Shown: one piece after another, positions 9,278 to 17,610 of the stretch
How the letters are laid out: each line of letters starts with the position of its first letter
How positions within the stretch are numbered: the first letter of the stretch is position 1
DNA from: Gemmatimonadota bacterium
Lineage (GTDB): Bacteria > Gemmatimonadota > Gemmatimonadetes > Palauibacterales > Palauibacteraceae
Assembly: GCA_046758745.1 (NCBI GenBank)
Contig: JBHIAV010000042.1
Span: 1-25,434, forward strand
DNA length: 25,434 nt
Reading direction: 5' to 3'
The notes under the pieces: generated by a model
Told to the model about the DNA's origin: nothing
What the model saw: the letters and a program-made list of their open reading frames with translations, nothing else
Databases searched by the model: none
Translations under genes and position numbers: made by a program

Positions 9278-10395
9278 CAGCGCAGCAAGATCAGTTCGGA
9301 GCAGAACCCGGGGCCCATCGCCAGCATGAGCCCGTAGCTGCCGGCGCTCGGCCGGGACGCCATCGTGTCGCGGAGTACCATCAGAACCGAAGCGCTCGAA
9401 AGGTTCCCGAGTTCCCGGAGCGTCTTCCACGCGAGGTGGAACGCCTCGGAGGGCAGCCCCAGAGCCCGTTCGAGCGCCTCGATGACCCGAGGTCCCCCGG
9501 GGTGACAGATGAAGCTCTCTATCTCCTCGAGGGAAAGCTCGTGATCGGCAAGAAACCCATCGACATCGGACCGGATGTGCCTCGCCACCACGTCGGGCAC
9601 ATCGGCCGACAGCACGACGCGAAAGCCCTCGCTGCCGATCTCCCATCCCATGACGTACTCGGTGTCGGGGTAGAACACCGATCGCGTGGCGATGACCCGC
9701 GGGCCGCCCGCCGCCCGGCCGCCTATGCGCGCACCACCCGCCGCCCCGACGCTCGCCTGCTCGGGGCCGCCCAGCGGAGCGGCGCCGGCGCGCTCGAGGC
9801 CGGCCATCACCACCGCTGCGGCGCCGTCCCCGAACAGTCCGCTCGCGATGAGGTTGGGGATGGAGACATCGCGTCGCTGCAGTGTCAGACTGCACAGCTC
9901 CACGGAGAGAAGGACCGCCACCTGGTCGGAAAACGCCCTCAGGTAGTCGGCTGTCCGCGCGACGCCGGCGGCGCCGGCCACGCACCCGAGACCGAAGATC
10001 GGAGTCCGCTTCACGTCGGGCCGGAGCTTCAGGCGGTTCACCAGACGCGCGTCTACGGACGGCGTGGCGATGCCGGTCACCGAAACGAAGAAGAGATGGT
10101 CGATGGCCCCCGGTGTCAGTCCCGCGAGGCGAAGCCCGTCCTCCATCGCACGGGCGCCGAGATCGACCGCGCAGCGAATGAACGCATCGTTGGAGTCGGT
10201 AAAGGAGGCGAGGTTCTCGTACTCCTCGATCGGCAGGGCGAGGTGTCGTCCCCCGACCAGCACGTTACGGTGGAGCTGCTCCAGCCGGGCCGGGTTGTGC
10301 AGCTGCCCACCCCACGCCCTTCGGAACGCGGCCAGCAGCTCCTGCTGGTCGTAATAATGCGGAGGGAGCGCTGTTCCGACGCTGAGGATCTGCAT
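9274..10395 (-). CDS. Type III polyketide synthase (alkylresorcinol/alkylpyrone type)
   Basis: Cys-His-Asn triad in GLGCVAG, ICHPGG and LGNLSSAS. Also VELCSL, LFGDGAAA and MGPGF. Confidence 0.95.
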   Translation of the reverse strand: MQILSVGTALPPHYYDQQELLAAFRRAWGGQLHNPARLEQLHRNVLVGGRHLALPIEEYENLASFTDSNDAFIRCAVDLGARAMEDGLRLAGLTPGAIDHLFFVSVTGIATPSVDARLVNRLKLRPDVKRTPIFGLGCVAGAAGVARTADYLRAFSDQVAVLLSVELCSLTLQRRDVSIPNLIASGLFGDGAAAVVMAGLERAGAAPLGGPEQASVGAAGGARIGGRAAGGPRVIATRSVFYPDTEYVMGWEIGSEGFRVVLSADVPDVVARHIRSDVDGFLADHELSLEEIESFICHPGGPRVIEALERALGLPSEAFHLAWKTLRELGNLSSASVLMVLRDTMASRPSAGSYGLMLAMGPGFCSELILLRW

Positions 10396-10410
10396 GGACG
10401 GGCGGCGGGC

Positions 10411-11916
10411 TCAGCCCTTGAGTACCCCCATCGGCTTGAGGCGCACCACCTTGCAGCCGATCCCCGCCCGGTCCACCACCTCCACCACCTCCGCCACATC
10501 CTTGTATGCCTCGGGAATCTCTTCCGCCACGGTGGATCGCGAGTGGGACCGGACCTCGATCCCGAGCTCGTCGAACCTCCGCCTGAGGTCCTGCCCCCGC
10601 ACGGACTTCTTCGCCTTCGTTCGACTCATGCGTCGGCCCGCACCGTGGCACGAAGAGCCGAAGCTCTCCCGGTACGCCTCCTCCGTGCCGACGAGTACGA
10701 AGGAGTAGCGTGCCATATCGCCCGGGATCAGAACGGGCTGGCCGATCTCCCGGTAGGCGGCCGGCAGCTCGGGATGACCCGGCGGGAAGGCACGGGTGGC
10801 GCCCTTGCGGTGGATGCACAGCCGCCGCTCCCGGCCACCGAGGAGGTGCGTCTCCCACTTCGCGATGTTGTGGGCCACGTCGTACACCATGCCGAGTCCG
10901 AGCTCCGTCCACGCTCTCCCGAAGATCCTGCCGAACGCCTCCCGTACCCGGTAGGCCATCATCTGCCGATTGGCGAAGGCGAAATTGGCTGCGGCGTTCA
11001 TGGCGCCCAAGTACCGATCCGCCTCGGGAGAGGAGAGGGGGGCGCAGGCGAGCTGCCGATCGGGGAGCTCGATCCCGTACCGCTCCACCGCGCCGATCAT
11101 GACCTCCAGGTAGTCGTCGCACACCTGGTAGCCCAGTCCCCGTGACCCCGAGTGAACGAGGACGCACACGGTATCCTTCTCGAGACCGAGGCGCCGAGCG
11201 GCCTCGGCGTCGTACACCTCGTCGACCGCATCCACCTCGATGAAGTGATTCCCCGACCCCACGGTTCCGAGCTGTGCGCGCCCACGCTCCAGCGCTCGCT
11301 CGCTCACCTGCTGCGGATCGGCTCCCGGTAGCGTGCCACCGGCCTCCGTGCGCGCCAGATCCTCCTTCGTCCCGTAGCCGCGGTCCACCGCCCACCGGGC
11401 GCCATTCCTCAGGACGTCGCGTACCTCCTCCCGACTCAGCCGGAAGCTCTTGTAACGGGAGCCCACGCCGGCCGGGATGTCCCGCAGCATCTGGTTCATG
11501 AGTTCGCCCAGTCGAGGTCGCACATCGTCCGGGCCGAGATCCGATCGCAGGAGGCGCACCCCGCAGTTGATGTCGTACCCCACTCCGCCGGGGCTCACGA
11601 CGCCCCCCTCCTCCGGATCGAAGGCGGCCACACCCCCGATGGCGAACCCGTATCCCCAGTGGATGTCCGGCATGCCGATGGAGCGGCCGACGATTCCGGG
11701 GAGGCACGCGACGTTCATCACCTGGCGGACCGCCTCTCCACCGCCCGCCGCCTCGCGGGCCATCTGCCGGATCAAGCCGCGGTCGGCGTAAATGAGTCCG
11801 TCGACCCGCATCTCCCCCTGGCGGGGGATGAGCCACCGATAGTCGTCGATCTGCCGCAACTCGATCTCCCCGATCCTCACGGTAGGAGAATCGGGGGTCG
11901 TTCTCGTCCCCGTCAT
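10411..11916 (-). CDS. rtcB: RtcB family RNA ligase (long, archaeal/eukaryotic-like type)
   Basis: MPDIHWGYGFAIGGV, GVGYDINCGVRL, GSGNHFIE, HSGSRGLG, YDVAHNIAK, HRKGATRAF, PGDM, SCHGAGR and EE.PEAYKDV. Confidence 0.96.
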   Translation of the reverse strand: MTGTRTTPDSPTVRIGEIELRQIDDYRWLIPRQGEMRVDGLIYADRGLIRQMAREAAGGGEAVRQVMNVACLPGIVGRSIGMPDIHWGYGFAIGGVAAFDPEEGGVVSPGGVGYDINCGVRLLRSDLGPDDVRPRLGELMNQMLRDIPAGVGSRYKSFRLSREEVRDVLRNGARWAVDRGYGTKEDLARTEAGGTLPGADPQQVSERALERGRAQLGTVGSGNHFIEVDAVDEVYDAEAARRLGLEKDTVCVLVHSGSRGLGYQVCDDYLEVMIGAVERYGIELPDRQLACAPLSSPEADRYLGAMNAAANFAFANRQMMAYRVREAFGRIFGRAWTELGLGMVYDVAHNIAKWETHLLGGRERRLCIHRKGATRAFPPGHPELPAAYREIGQPVLIPGDMARYSFVLVGTEEAYRESFGSSCHGAGRRMSRTKAKKSVRGQDLRRRFDELGIEVRSHSRSTVAEEIPEAYKDVAEVVEVVDRAGIGCKVVRLKPMGVLKG

Positions 11917-12078
11917 GGAAGAACCTGCGCGGTTCGGCGACTACCCTTCCGCGTCGCCGTGTTCCTTGACCTCCCTCCACAGCCGAGGGTGGCCTCGACT
12001 AGATACGAGCCCATTGCCGGTGCGGCCGCAAGATTGGCCGCCATGGCCGGCGCCGCGGGAAGCGCCACGGGGAACGTC

Positions 12079-12756
12079 TCAGGGCTCGACGGCGGCTCCC
12101 GCCGATGGTGAGAACTCTCGCCGGGCCTCGTCCAGGAACCGGCGCACCTCCTCGTCGGTGAGCTGGGAGAAGTCGTCGTACCAAAGGCTGATCGCCATGA
12201 ACGGGCTGGGCGTCATGACCACGATGACCTCGTCGGCCTCCTGCTCGAGCTCCTCGAGGATCTCGCGCGCCGCGGTGGGTACGGCCACCACGAGTCGGGC
12301 GGGCGCCTGCGCTCGCAACACACGGAGCGCGGCCCGCACCGTGGAGCCGGTCGCGATGCCGTCGTCCACCAGGATGACCACCCGTCCCCTGACGTCCGGT
12401 GGCGGACGGTTCCCCCGGTACGCCCGGTCGCGCCGCTCGAGCTCCGCCTCCTCCGAGGCGGCGACCCGCTCGAGGACGTCTTCGGGGATGGCGAGGGAGT
12501 CCACCACGTCCGGGTTGAGTACCCGAACGCCTCCGCTCGCGATGGCGCCCATGGCGAGCTCCGGCTGACCGGGCAGCCCCAGCTTTCGGATCACCAGTAC
12601 ATCGAGCGGTGCTCCGAGGGCCTTCGCGACCTCGTAGCCGACCGGCAGGCCGCCACGCGGGAGCGCCAGCACAAGCACGTCGGACCGACGGGCGTAGTGC
12701 TCGAGCCGGCGGACAAGCCGTCGTCCCGCATCGGTCCGATTCGCGAACGGCTTCAT
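12079..12756 (-). CDS. Phosphoribosyltransferase family protein
   Basis: F.NR.DAGR.L, LALPRGG, RKLGLPGQPELAMGAIA and the PRPP-binding loop VILVDDGIATGST. Start set to MKPF at 12756. Confidence 0.9.
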   Translation of the reverse strand: MKPFANRTDAGRRLVRRLEHYARRSDVLVLALPRGGLPVGYEVAKALGAPLDVLVIRKLGLPGQPELAMGAIASGGVRVLNPDVVDSLAIPEDVLERVAASEEAELERRDRAYRGNRPPPDVRGRVVILVDDGIATGSTVRAALRVLRAQAPARLVVAVPTAAREILEELEQEADEVIVVMTPSPFMAISLWYDDFSQLTDEEVRRFLDEARREFSPSAGAAVEP

Positions 12757-12861
12757 CGGTTCGCCGCTGTATTCACCCCCGTCCCTTCCACCGGCCATGG
12801 CGGGCTCGCACCGGTTGAACTTCCGCGAGCGGTCTGTCGAGAGTCTCCCTCGGCCGCTCTC

Positions 12862-13095
12862 TCAGTCCTTGAACGGGGAGGGTGGCCGCTGGCCTCGCTG
12901 CCCCCCCGCGCCGTCCAGCAGACGCTGCAGCTCCTGGACGCTCAGCTCGAAGGGGTCCCTCTCGTACCCCGGCGCGCGGACGCTGACGCGCGGCTTCCGA
13001 TTGCCGGGCAGAGGTTCGAACCTCCACTCGCGGTCGGAGACCGGGCGCACCTCCCAGGAGCTCCCCTCGCGGTCAACGAATTTGCGGAATCCCAT
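12862..13095 (-). CDS. Small hypothetical protein (77 aa)
   Basis: MGFRKFVDREGSSWEV...DPFELSVQELQRLLD has protein-like composition, a GGAG RBS and the same orientation as its neighbours. Confidence 0.65.
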   Translation of the reverse strand: MGFRKFVDREGSSWEVRPVSDREWRFEPLPGNRKPRVSVRAPGYERDPFELSVQELQRLLDGAGGQRGQRPPSPFKD

Positions 13096-13237
13096 CGCTC
13101 GCTCCACTGCCTTGCTCGAAGCCTCGCCCGGCGCCGATACTTCCCCGGCGGCCATCTCATCCTACCCGGAGAGGCGCGCCGCCGCACCCGGGCCGGCCGC
13201 CGTCGGCACAGGTGGCCGCCGCTCCTGCGAGGGCGTC

Positions 13238-13310
13238 ATGAGGATCATCGCCAAGGACGAGACCGAGCTCACCGTCACCACCGGTGGCCGCGACCTGACG
13301 ATCCGTGAAC
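13238..13310 (+). pseudogene. Possible 5' remnant of a truncated gene
   Basis: GAGGG then ATG, followed by about 22 codons nearly all ending in G/C (MRIIAKDETELTVTTGGRDLTI). The frame then continues as the antisense shadow of SURF1. Confidence 0.35.
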
Positions 13311-13342
13311 ACGGGGGACGGCGGGCGTGCGCACCCCACCTC

Positions 13343-14164
13343 TCAGGCCACCCGCCGCAGGTACGCTCCGGTTCCCACCAGCACGATCGCAGCGAAGGAG
13401 AACCACTGGATCGCGTAGGCCAGGTGCGGGCCCCGATCGAGCGCGGGCTCCGGGAGAGGGCGGGGAAGGCCGGCCCCCGCCGCGTCCGTCACCTGGAGGT
13501 AGAAGCCGGCGATCGGGTAGGGAAGAGCCGCGTCCACGTCCGCCAGATCGAGCACGCCGAGAACGACGTGCTCGTCGCCCTCCACCTCGACCTTCCCGGG
13601 TGGGGGAGCCGTCTCGCGGCGTCGGCTCGGCAGGGCGATCCCGATCGCCGTGTCGGGAGGACCGGCCGGGGTGCCCGTCGGGGCGCCCCCGCTGGTGGGG
13701 CGACGCTGCTCTGCGGATCCGCGCACGCGAGGCGGCCGGCTCTCCCCGGTGGCGCGGTGCGCTCGTGCCGGCCGACCGTCGCTCAGCTTCGCGTGCAGTC
13801 CATCGGCGGCGGGGAGCCAGCCGCGGAGCACGACCACCGCCGGACCGCGCGTGCGCCGGAGGGGGGTCAACACATGGATGCCGGGCACGCCCCGGTGCGA
13901 CCGCCCCCGCACGATGAGCTCCCGATCGAACTCGTACTCGCCGTCCAGACGGAGCCGGCGCCAGAAAAGCGAGTCGGCCCGCGGAGGTGAGGCGTTGGCC
14001 TCGAGGGTGATGGGCGGAAGCGCCAGCCGCTCTGCCCGCCACGCGTTCTCGGCGCCCCGCTCCGCGAGGCGTCCGACCTGCCAGAAGCCCAGACGCACGA
14101 AGAGGGCGGCGAGCGCCAGCGCCACGAGAGTGAAGAGCCAGTAACGGGTCGCCATCCCGCTCAT
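13343..14164 (-). CDS. SURF1 family protein
   Basis: N-terminal TM with LGFWQV.R, G.PG.HVLTPL, VLRGWLP and C-terminal GPHLAYAIQWFSFA plus TM. Start is 14164 or 14155; the longer ORF-track start would run through the tRNA. Confidence 0.88.
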   Translation of the reverse strand: MSGMATRYWLFTLVALALAALFVRLGFWQVGRLAERGAENAWRAERLALPPITLEANASPPRADSLFWRRLRLDGEYEFDRELIVRGRSHRGVPGIHVLTPLRRTRGPAVVVLRGWLPAADGLHAKLSDGRPARAHRATGESRPPRVRGSAEQRRPTSGGAPTGTPAGPPDTAIGIALPSRRRETAPPPGKVEVEGDEHVVLGVLDLADVDAALPYPIAGFYLQVTDAAGAGLPRPLPEPALDRGPHLAYAIQWFSFAAIVLVGTGAYLRRVA

Positions 14165-14241
14165 TCCCCCATGCTGGATCGGGCTCGCCGGGCGGGGCAA
14201 GGTCTGTGGCCGGCCGGCGATCGCGGGGTGCGTAACGGAGG

Positions 14242-14314
14242 CTGGGGCGGGAGGATTCGAACCTCCAACCTCGCGGGTAACAGCCGCGCACTCTGCCAGT
14301 TGAGCTACGCCCCA
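14242..14314 (-). tRNA. tRNA-Asn (GTT)
   Basis: Reverse complement reads TGGGGCG TAGCTCAACTGGCAGAGT G CGCGG CTGTTAC CCGCG AGGTT GGAGG TTCGAAT CCTCC CGCCCCA G. Full cloverleaf, U1-A72 pair, G73 discriminator. CCA is not encoded (CCT follows). Confidence 0.95.
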
Positions 14315-14333
14315 GAGCAGGGTCCTGCCCGGC

Positions 14334-14362
14334 ACACTGGCCGCTACGCCCGGAGTCGTCAA
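14334..14362 (-). promoter_or_regulatory. Putative sigma70-type promoter of tRNA-Asn
   Basis: TTGACG-N17-CAGTGT on the minus strand, ending 19 nt upstream of the tRNA 5' end. Confidence 0.45.
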
Positions 14363-14467
14363 CCAGCGCCCCCGGCATCGCGGCTCCTAACCGCTGTCAC
14401 GGAAGCATCCACCCGAAACACTCGACCCCCGCCTCGGGCTTCAGCTTCCCAAGACGCTGATGCCGGG

Positions 14468-14860
14468 CTAGACCGCCTCGATGACCGGGCACCGGCAGCC
14501 CTCCGCTGGCTCGGGCGCATCTTCCAGTGCCTCGAGGGTCTTGCGCAGCGAAGCTCTGAGCTCCCGTAGCTCGCGCAGCCGCCGCTCGGTTTCTTTCAGC
14601 CTCGCCTCGATGCGGGCCCGTACATGCTCGCAGGGTGCCCTCGCACCCGCGGCGATCTCCATCACCTCACGCACATCGCTCAGCCTGAGCCCCAGCGCCT
14701 GCGCCTTTCTGATGAAGCGCAGGTCGTCGACCGCCTCCGGGCCGTAGTCCCGGTAGCCGCTCGGTGTGCGTGAGGGTGGGGCCAGCAGCCCCTCGGCCTC
14801 GTAGTACCGAATGGTGTCGGGCGTGACCCCGACCTGTTCCGCAAGCTTACCGATCCGCAT
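14468..14860 (-). CDS. MerR-family heavy-metal-responsive transcriptional regulator
   Basis: MRIGKLA...TIRYYE..GLL....R..SGYRDY HTH, a coiled-coil, and Cys77, Cys122 and Cys124. Divergent from the P1B-ATPase. Confidence 0.93.
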   Translation of the reverse strand: MRIGKLAEQVGVTPDTIRYYEAEGLLAPPSRTPSGYRDYGPEAVDDLRFIRKAQALGLRLSDVREVMEIAAGARAPCEHVRARIEARLKETERRLRELRELRASLRKTLEALEDAPEPAEGCRCPVIEAV

Positions 14861-14907
14861 TCGGTCATGTGCTCCTGGCGGCTGATCGACGTCCCAGCAG
14901 AGGGGCC

Positions 14908-14939
14908 TTGACATTGGAGTTTACACCAAGGTGTATCTT
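14908..14939 (+). promoter_or_regulatory. MerR-type long-spacer promoter/operator for the ATPase operon
   Basis: TTGACA-N20-TATCTT, with the imperfect dyad ACATTGGAGT-TT-ACACCAAGGT (14911-14932) overlapping the -35 box and spacer. Confidence 0.85.
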
Positions 14940-14971
14940 GCGAGCAAGACCCGGACAGCTCGGGGAGTCAG

Positions 14972-17497
14972 ATGAACAAAAAGTTGCAGATAAAGGTTGG
15001 CGGGATGAGCTGTTCATTCTGCCAGCAGAGCATCCGGCGCGCCTATGAGGGCACGGAGGGCGTGCGGAATGTGGCGGTGAGCCTGGCGCACGAGGAAGCC
15101 CTCATAGAGTACGACGCCGAGCAAATCGACGCAGGGGGTGTGAAGGACGTCCTTCGCGACCTCGGATACACGGTCCGAGATCCCGGCCGGGTGCGGGCGT
15201 ACGAGGAGCAGCAGGAGGAGCTGCGACGCGAGCGACGAAAGCTGATGGCCAACGCAGCTCTCTCAGCCGTCGCCATAGCTCTCATGGCCCTCATGTGGTT
15301 CGGCATCCGCCTGCCGGCGGGCGGAGTCGTTCGGGGCGCGATAGCGACGGCAGCGGTGTTCGGGGTGGGGTCCCACGTCCTGCGCATGGCGTGGGCCAGC
15401 TTCCGGCGCGGGATCTTCAACCAGCACGTGCTGCTCAGCTTTGGCGCACTCGGCGCGTACCTGGCGGGGCTGTTGGGATTTGCTGATCCTGCCTTTCCCG
15501 CCGATTTCTTCGTGGCCGCGACGTTTCTCATGACCTACCACATCCTGAGCGGCTACGTCTCCGCCTCCGTGCGGGCCCGCAGCCAGGAGTCCGTGCGGAA
15601 GCTCCTGGAGCTTCAGCCGGACACGGCCCGGGTGATTCGGGACGGCGAGGAGATCGAGCTCCCCATGGCGGAGGTGGGGGTCGGCGATTGCGTGCGGGTC
15701 CGTCCGGGTGAGCGCATCCCGGTCGACGGCAGAGTAGTCGAGGGTGCGTCCGCCGTGGACGAGTCGATCGTGTCCGGAGAGCCGCTGCCGGTGGAGAAGG
15801 TGCCGGGTGCGGAGACGATCGGCGGCTCCGTGAACAAGGCCGGCTCGCTCCTCATCGAGGTCACCCGGGTGGGCGAGGAGACGTTCCTCCGCCGCGTGGC
15901 CAGGCACGTCCAGGAAGCGCGCGCCATGAAGCCGGGCATCATTCAGCTCGTCGACGCGATCCTCACTTACTTCGTCCCCGGCGTGCTCGCCGTTTCCGGC
16001 GCGGCCTTCCTCATCTGGACGGCCGGTGCGTGGATCTTCACCGGCTCGCCCGACTGGACGAGGGCGACCTTCGCCGCCCTCAGTGTGTTGGTGATGGGCT
16101 ACCCGTGCGCCCTCGGGATGGCGACTCCGCTGGCCCTGATTCGTGGCGGCGGACTGGCCGCCGAGCGCGGCGTGCTCATCCGGAGCGCCGAGGCGTTCCA
16201 GATCATGAAGGACATTCGAGCGGTCGCGCTGGACAAGACCGGGACCATCACGGAGGGCGATCCGTCGGTGGTCGATGTCGTGGCCTTTGGCGAGGCGTCC
16301 AGCGACGACGTGCTGGGTGCGGCCGCCTCTGCGGAGCTTTTGTCGGAGCACTTCCTCGGCCAGGCCATCCTGGCGGCTGCCGAGCGCAAGGGCATCGACG
16401 TCGAGGTGCCCGATTCGTTCGAGTCCGAGACCGGGCGCGGGGTGGTAGCCGAGGTTGCCGGCGTGCGCGTCGTGGTGGGACGCCGAACGCTTCTCGAGGG
16501 GCGCGGAATCCACTTCGACGCCGCGGCCCGAGCCGAGCTCGAGGAGCGGGAAGGCCGCGGTCAGACCGTGGTGAGCATCGCGCGGGGGGCTCGGCTCATC
16601 GGGCTGATCGCGATCGCCGACACGGTGAAGGACGGTGCCAGGGAGGCGATCGCGCGCCTCAAGCAGGCTGGCATCGAGCCGACGATGCTGACCGGCGACA
16701 ACCGGCGGACGGCGAACGTCGTGGCGGCACAGGTCGGGATCGAGAACGTGGTGGCCGAGGTGCTGCCCGAGGAGAAGACGGGTCGGGTACGGGAGCTACA
16801 GGCGGGTGGCGTTCGCGTTGCCATGGTGGGCGACGGGATCAACGACGCCCCCGCGCTCACCCAGGCGGACGTCGGGATCGCCATCGGGGCGGGGGCGGAT
16901 ATCGCGATCGAGTCCGCCGATGTCGTGCTCATCCACGGCCGGCTGGAGGGGGTGAGCGACGCGATCACCATCGGTCGCCGCTCGTACCGAAAGACCGTGC
17001 AGAATCTGTCTCTGGCGTTCGCGTTCAACGGGGTGGGCATCCCGCTCGCGGCGACCGGTCTCGTCCACCCGATCTGGGCGATGCTGGCGATGATCGCGAG
17101 CGTCAGTGCCGTGCTGGCCAACTCCTTCGGAGGAAGGCTCCGGCGTCGGGCCGAGGGCGCCGAGGAGATCGCGGTCCTTCCGGCAGGGGAAGGCGAGGTG
17201 GCGCCGAGGAGGATCTTGCTGGACGTCCCGGACATGCAGTGCGCGGGGTGTGTCCGCGCCGTTCAGGAGAGTCTCGGCTCCCTCGACGGGGTGACGGACG
17301 TGGCGGCGGATCTCGGCACCAAGCACGTCGAGGTGGGATGGGACGGAGGCGCGGCGGGCGGCGAGCTGGTCGCCGAGGCCCTGGCGCGTGCCGGCTTCCG
17401 TGCGCGCCGCGTGGAGATGGCGGTTGGCTCCTGCGCTCGTCGTTGTCGGCCGAGCGACGAACTGGAGAGGTCGGACGTGATGCGGACATCGATATGA
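14972..17497 (+). CDS. Heavy-metal-translocating P1B-type ATPase with YPC motif and N- and C-terminal HMA domains
   Basis: [53 protein letters not shown] and C-terminal DMQCAGC. Confidence 0.95.
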   Translation: MNKKLQIKVGGMSCSFCQQSIRRAYEGTEGVRNVAVSLAHEEALIEYDAEQIDAGGVKDVLRDLGYTVRDPGRVRAYEEQQEELRRERRKLMANAALSAVAIALMALMWFGIRLPAGGVVRGAIATAAVFGVGSHVLRMAWASFRRGIFNQHVLLSFGALGAYLAGLLGFADPAFPADFFVAATFLMTYHILSGYVSASVRARSQESVRKLLELQPDTARVIRDGEEIELPMAEVGVGDCVRVRPGERIPVDGRVVEGASAVDESIVSGEPLPVEKVPGAETIGGSVNKAGSLLIEVTRVGEETFLRRVARHVQEARAMKPGIIQLVDAILTYFVPGVLAVSGAAFLIWTAGAWIFTGSPDWTRATFAALSVLVMGYPCALGMATPLALIRGGGLAAERGVLIRSAEAFQIMKDIRAVALDKTGTITEGDPSVVDVVAFGEASSDDVLGAAASAELLSEHFLGQAILAAAERKGIDVEVPDSFESETGRGVVAEVAGVRVVVGRRTLLEGRGIHFDAAARAELEEREGRGQTVVSIARGARLIGLIAIADTVKDGAREAIARLKQAGIEPTMLTGDNRRTANVVAAQVGIENVVAEVLPEEKTGRVRELQAGGVRVAMVGDGINDAPALTQADVGIAIGAGADIAIESADVVLIHGRLEGVSDAITIGRRSYRKTVQNLSLAFAFNGVGIPLAATGLVHPIWAMLAMIASVSAVLANSFGGRLRRRAEGAEEIAVLPAGEGEVAPRRILLDVPDMQCAGCVRAVQESLGSLDGVTDVAADLGTKHVEVGWDGGAAGGELVAEALARAGFRARRVEMAVGSCARRCRPSDELERSDVMRTSI

Positions 17498-17610
17498 ACC
17501 GGTGGCTAGAGACCGGAAGGTGCGCATGCGCGCGCTGGGCCCGATGCCGGTGGCCGGCCAGATGGCCGGGTAGATGGGCAGAGGCCGGATTCCGGTTTAT
17601 AAGAGGAGAC

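Noticed and set aside
12029-12044. Sigma54-like TGGC...TTGC upstream of rtcB on the minus strand
   Set aside because: GG-to-GC spacing is 11 nt rather than the strict 10, and no RtcR-like activator is in the window.
2023-13990. Many long alternative-frame or antisense ORFs (e.g. 2023..3777, 3043..4572, 3233..5140, 6523..7911, 9436..11145, 10265..11980, 12797..13990)
   Set aside because: They overlap well-supported genes, lack motifs, and are expected in high-GC DNA with few stop codons.
14242-14467. tRNA-Asn as the attachment site of the metal region
   Set aside because: The region is on the tRNA's 5' side, and I found no duplicated tRNA 3' end or integrase.
14468-14860. Calling the MerR-family gene the canonical merR of merA
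   Set aside because: It lacks the canonical three-Cys spacing, and its operator faces the ATPase operon. No similar dyad was found near the mer genes.
16030-17610. 844-aa ORF as one protein, including the Cys/Trp-rich CACARWARCRWPARW stretch
   Set aside because: The upstream part is an out-of-frame shadow of the ATPase. The signal peptide and RBS point to a start at 17611.
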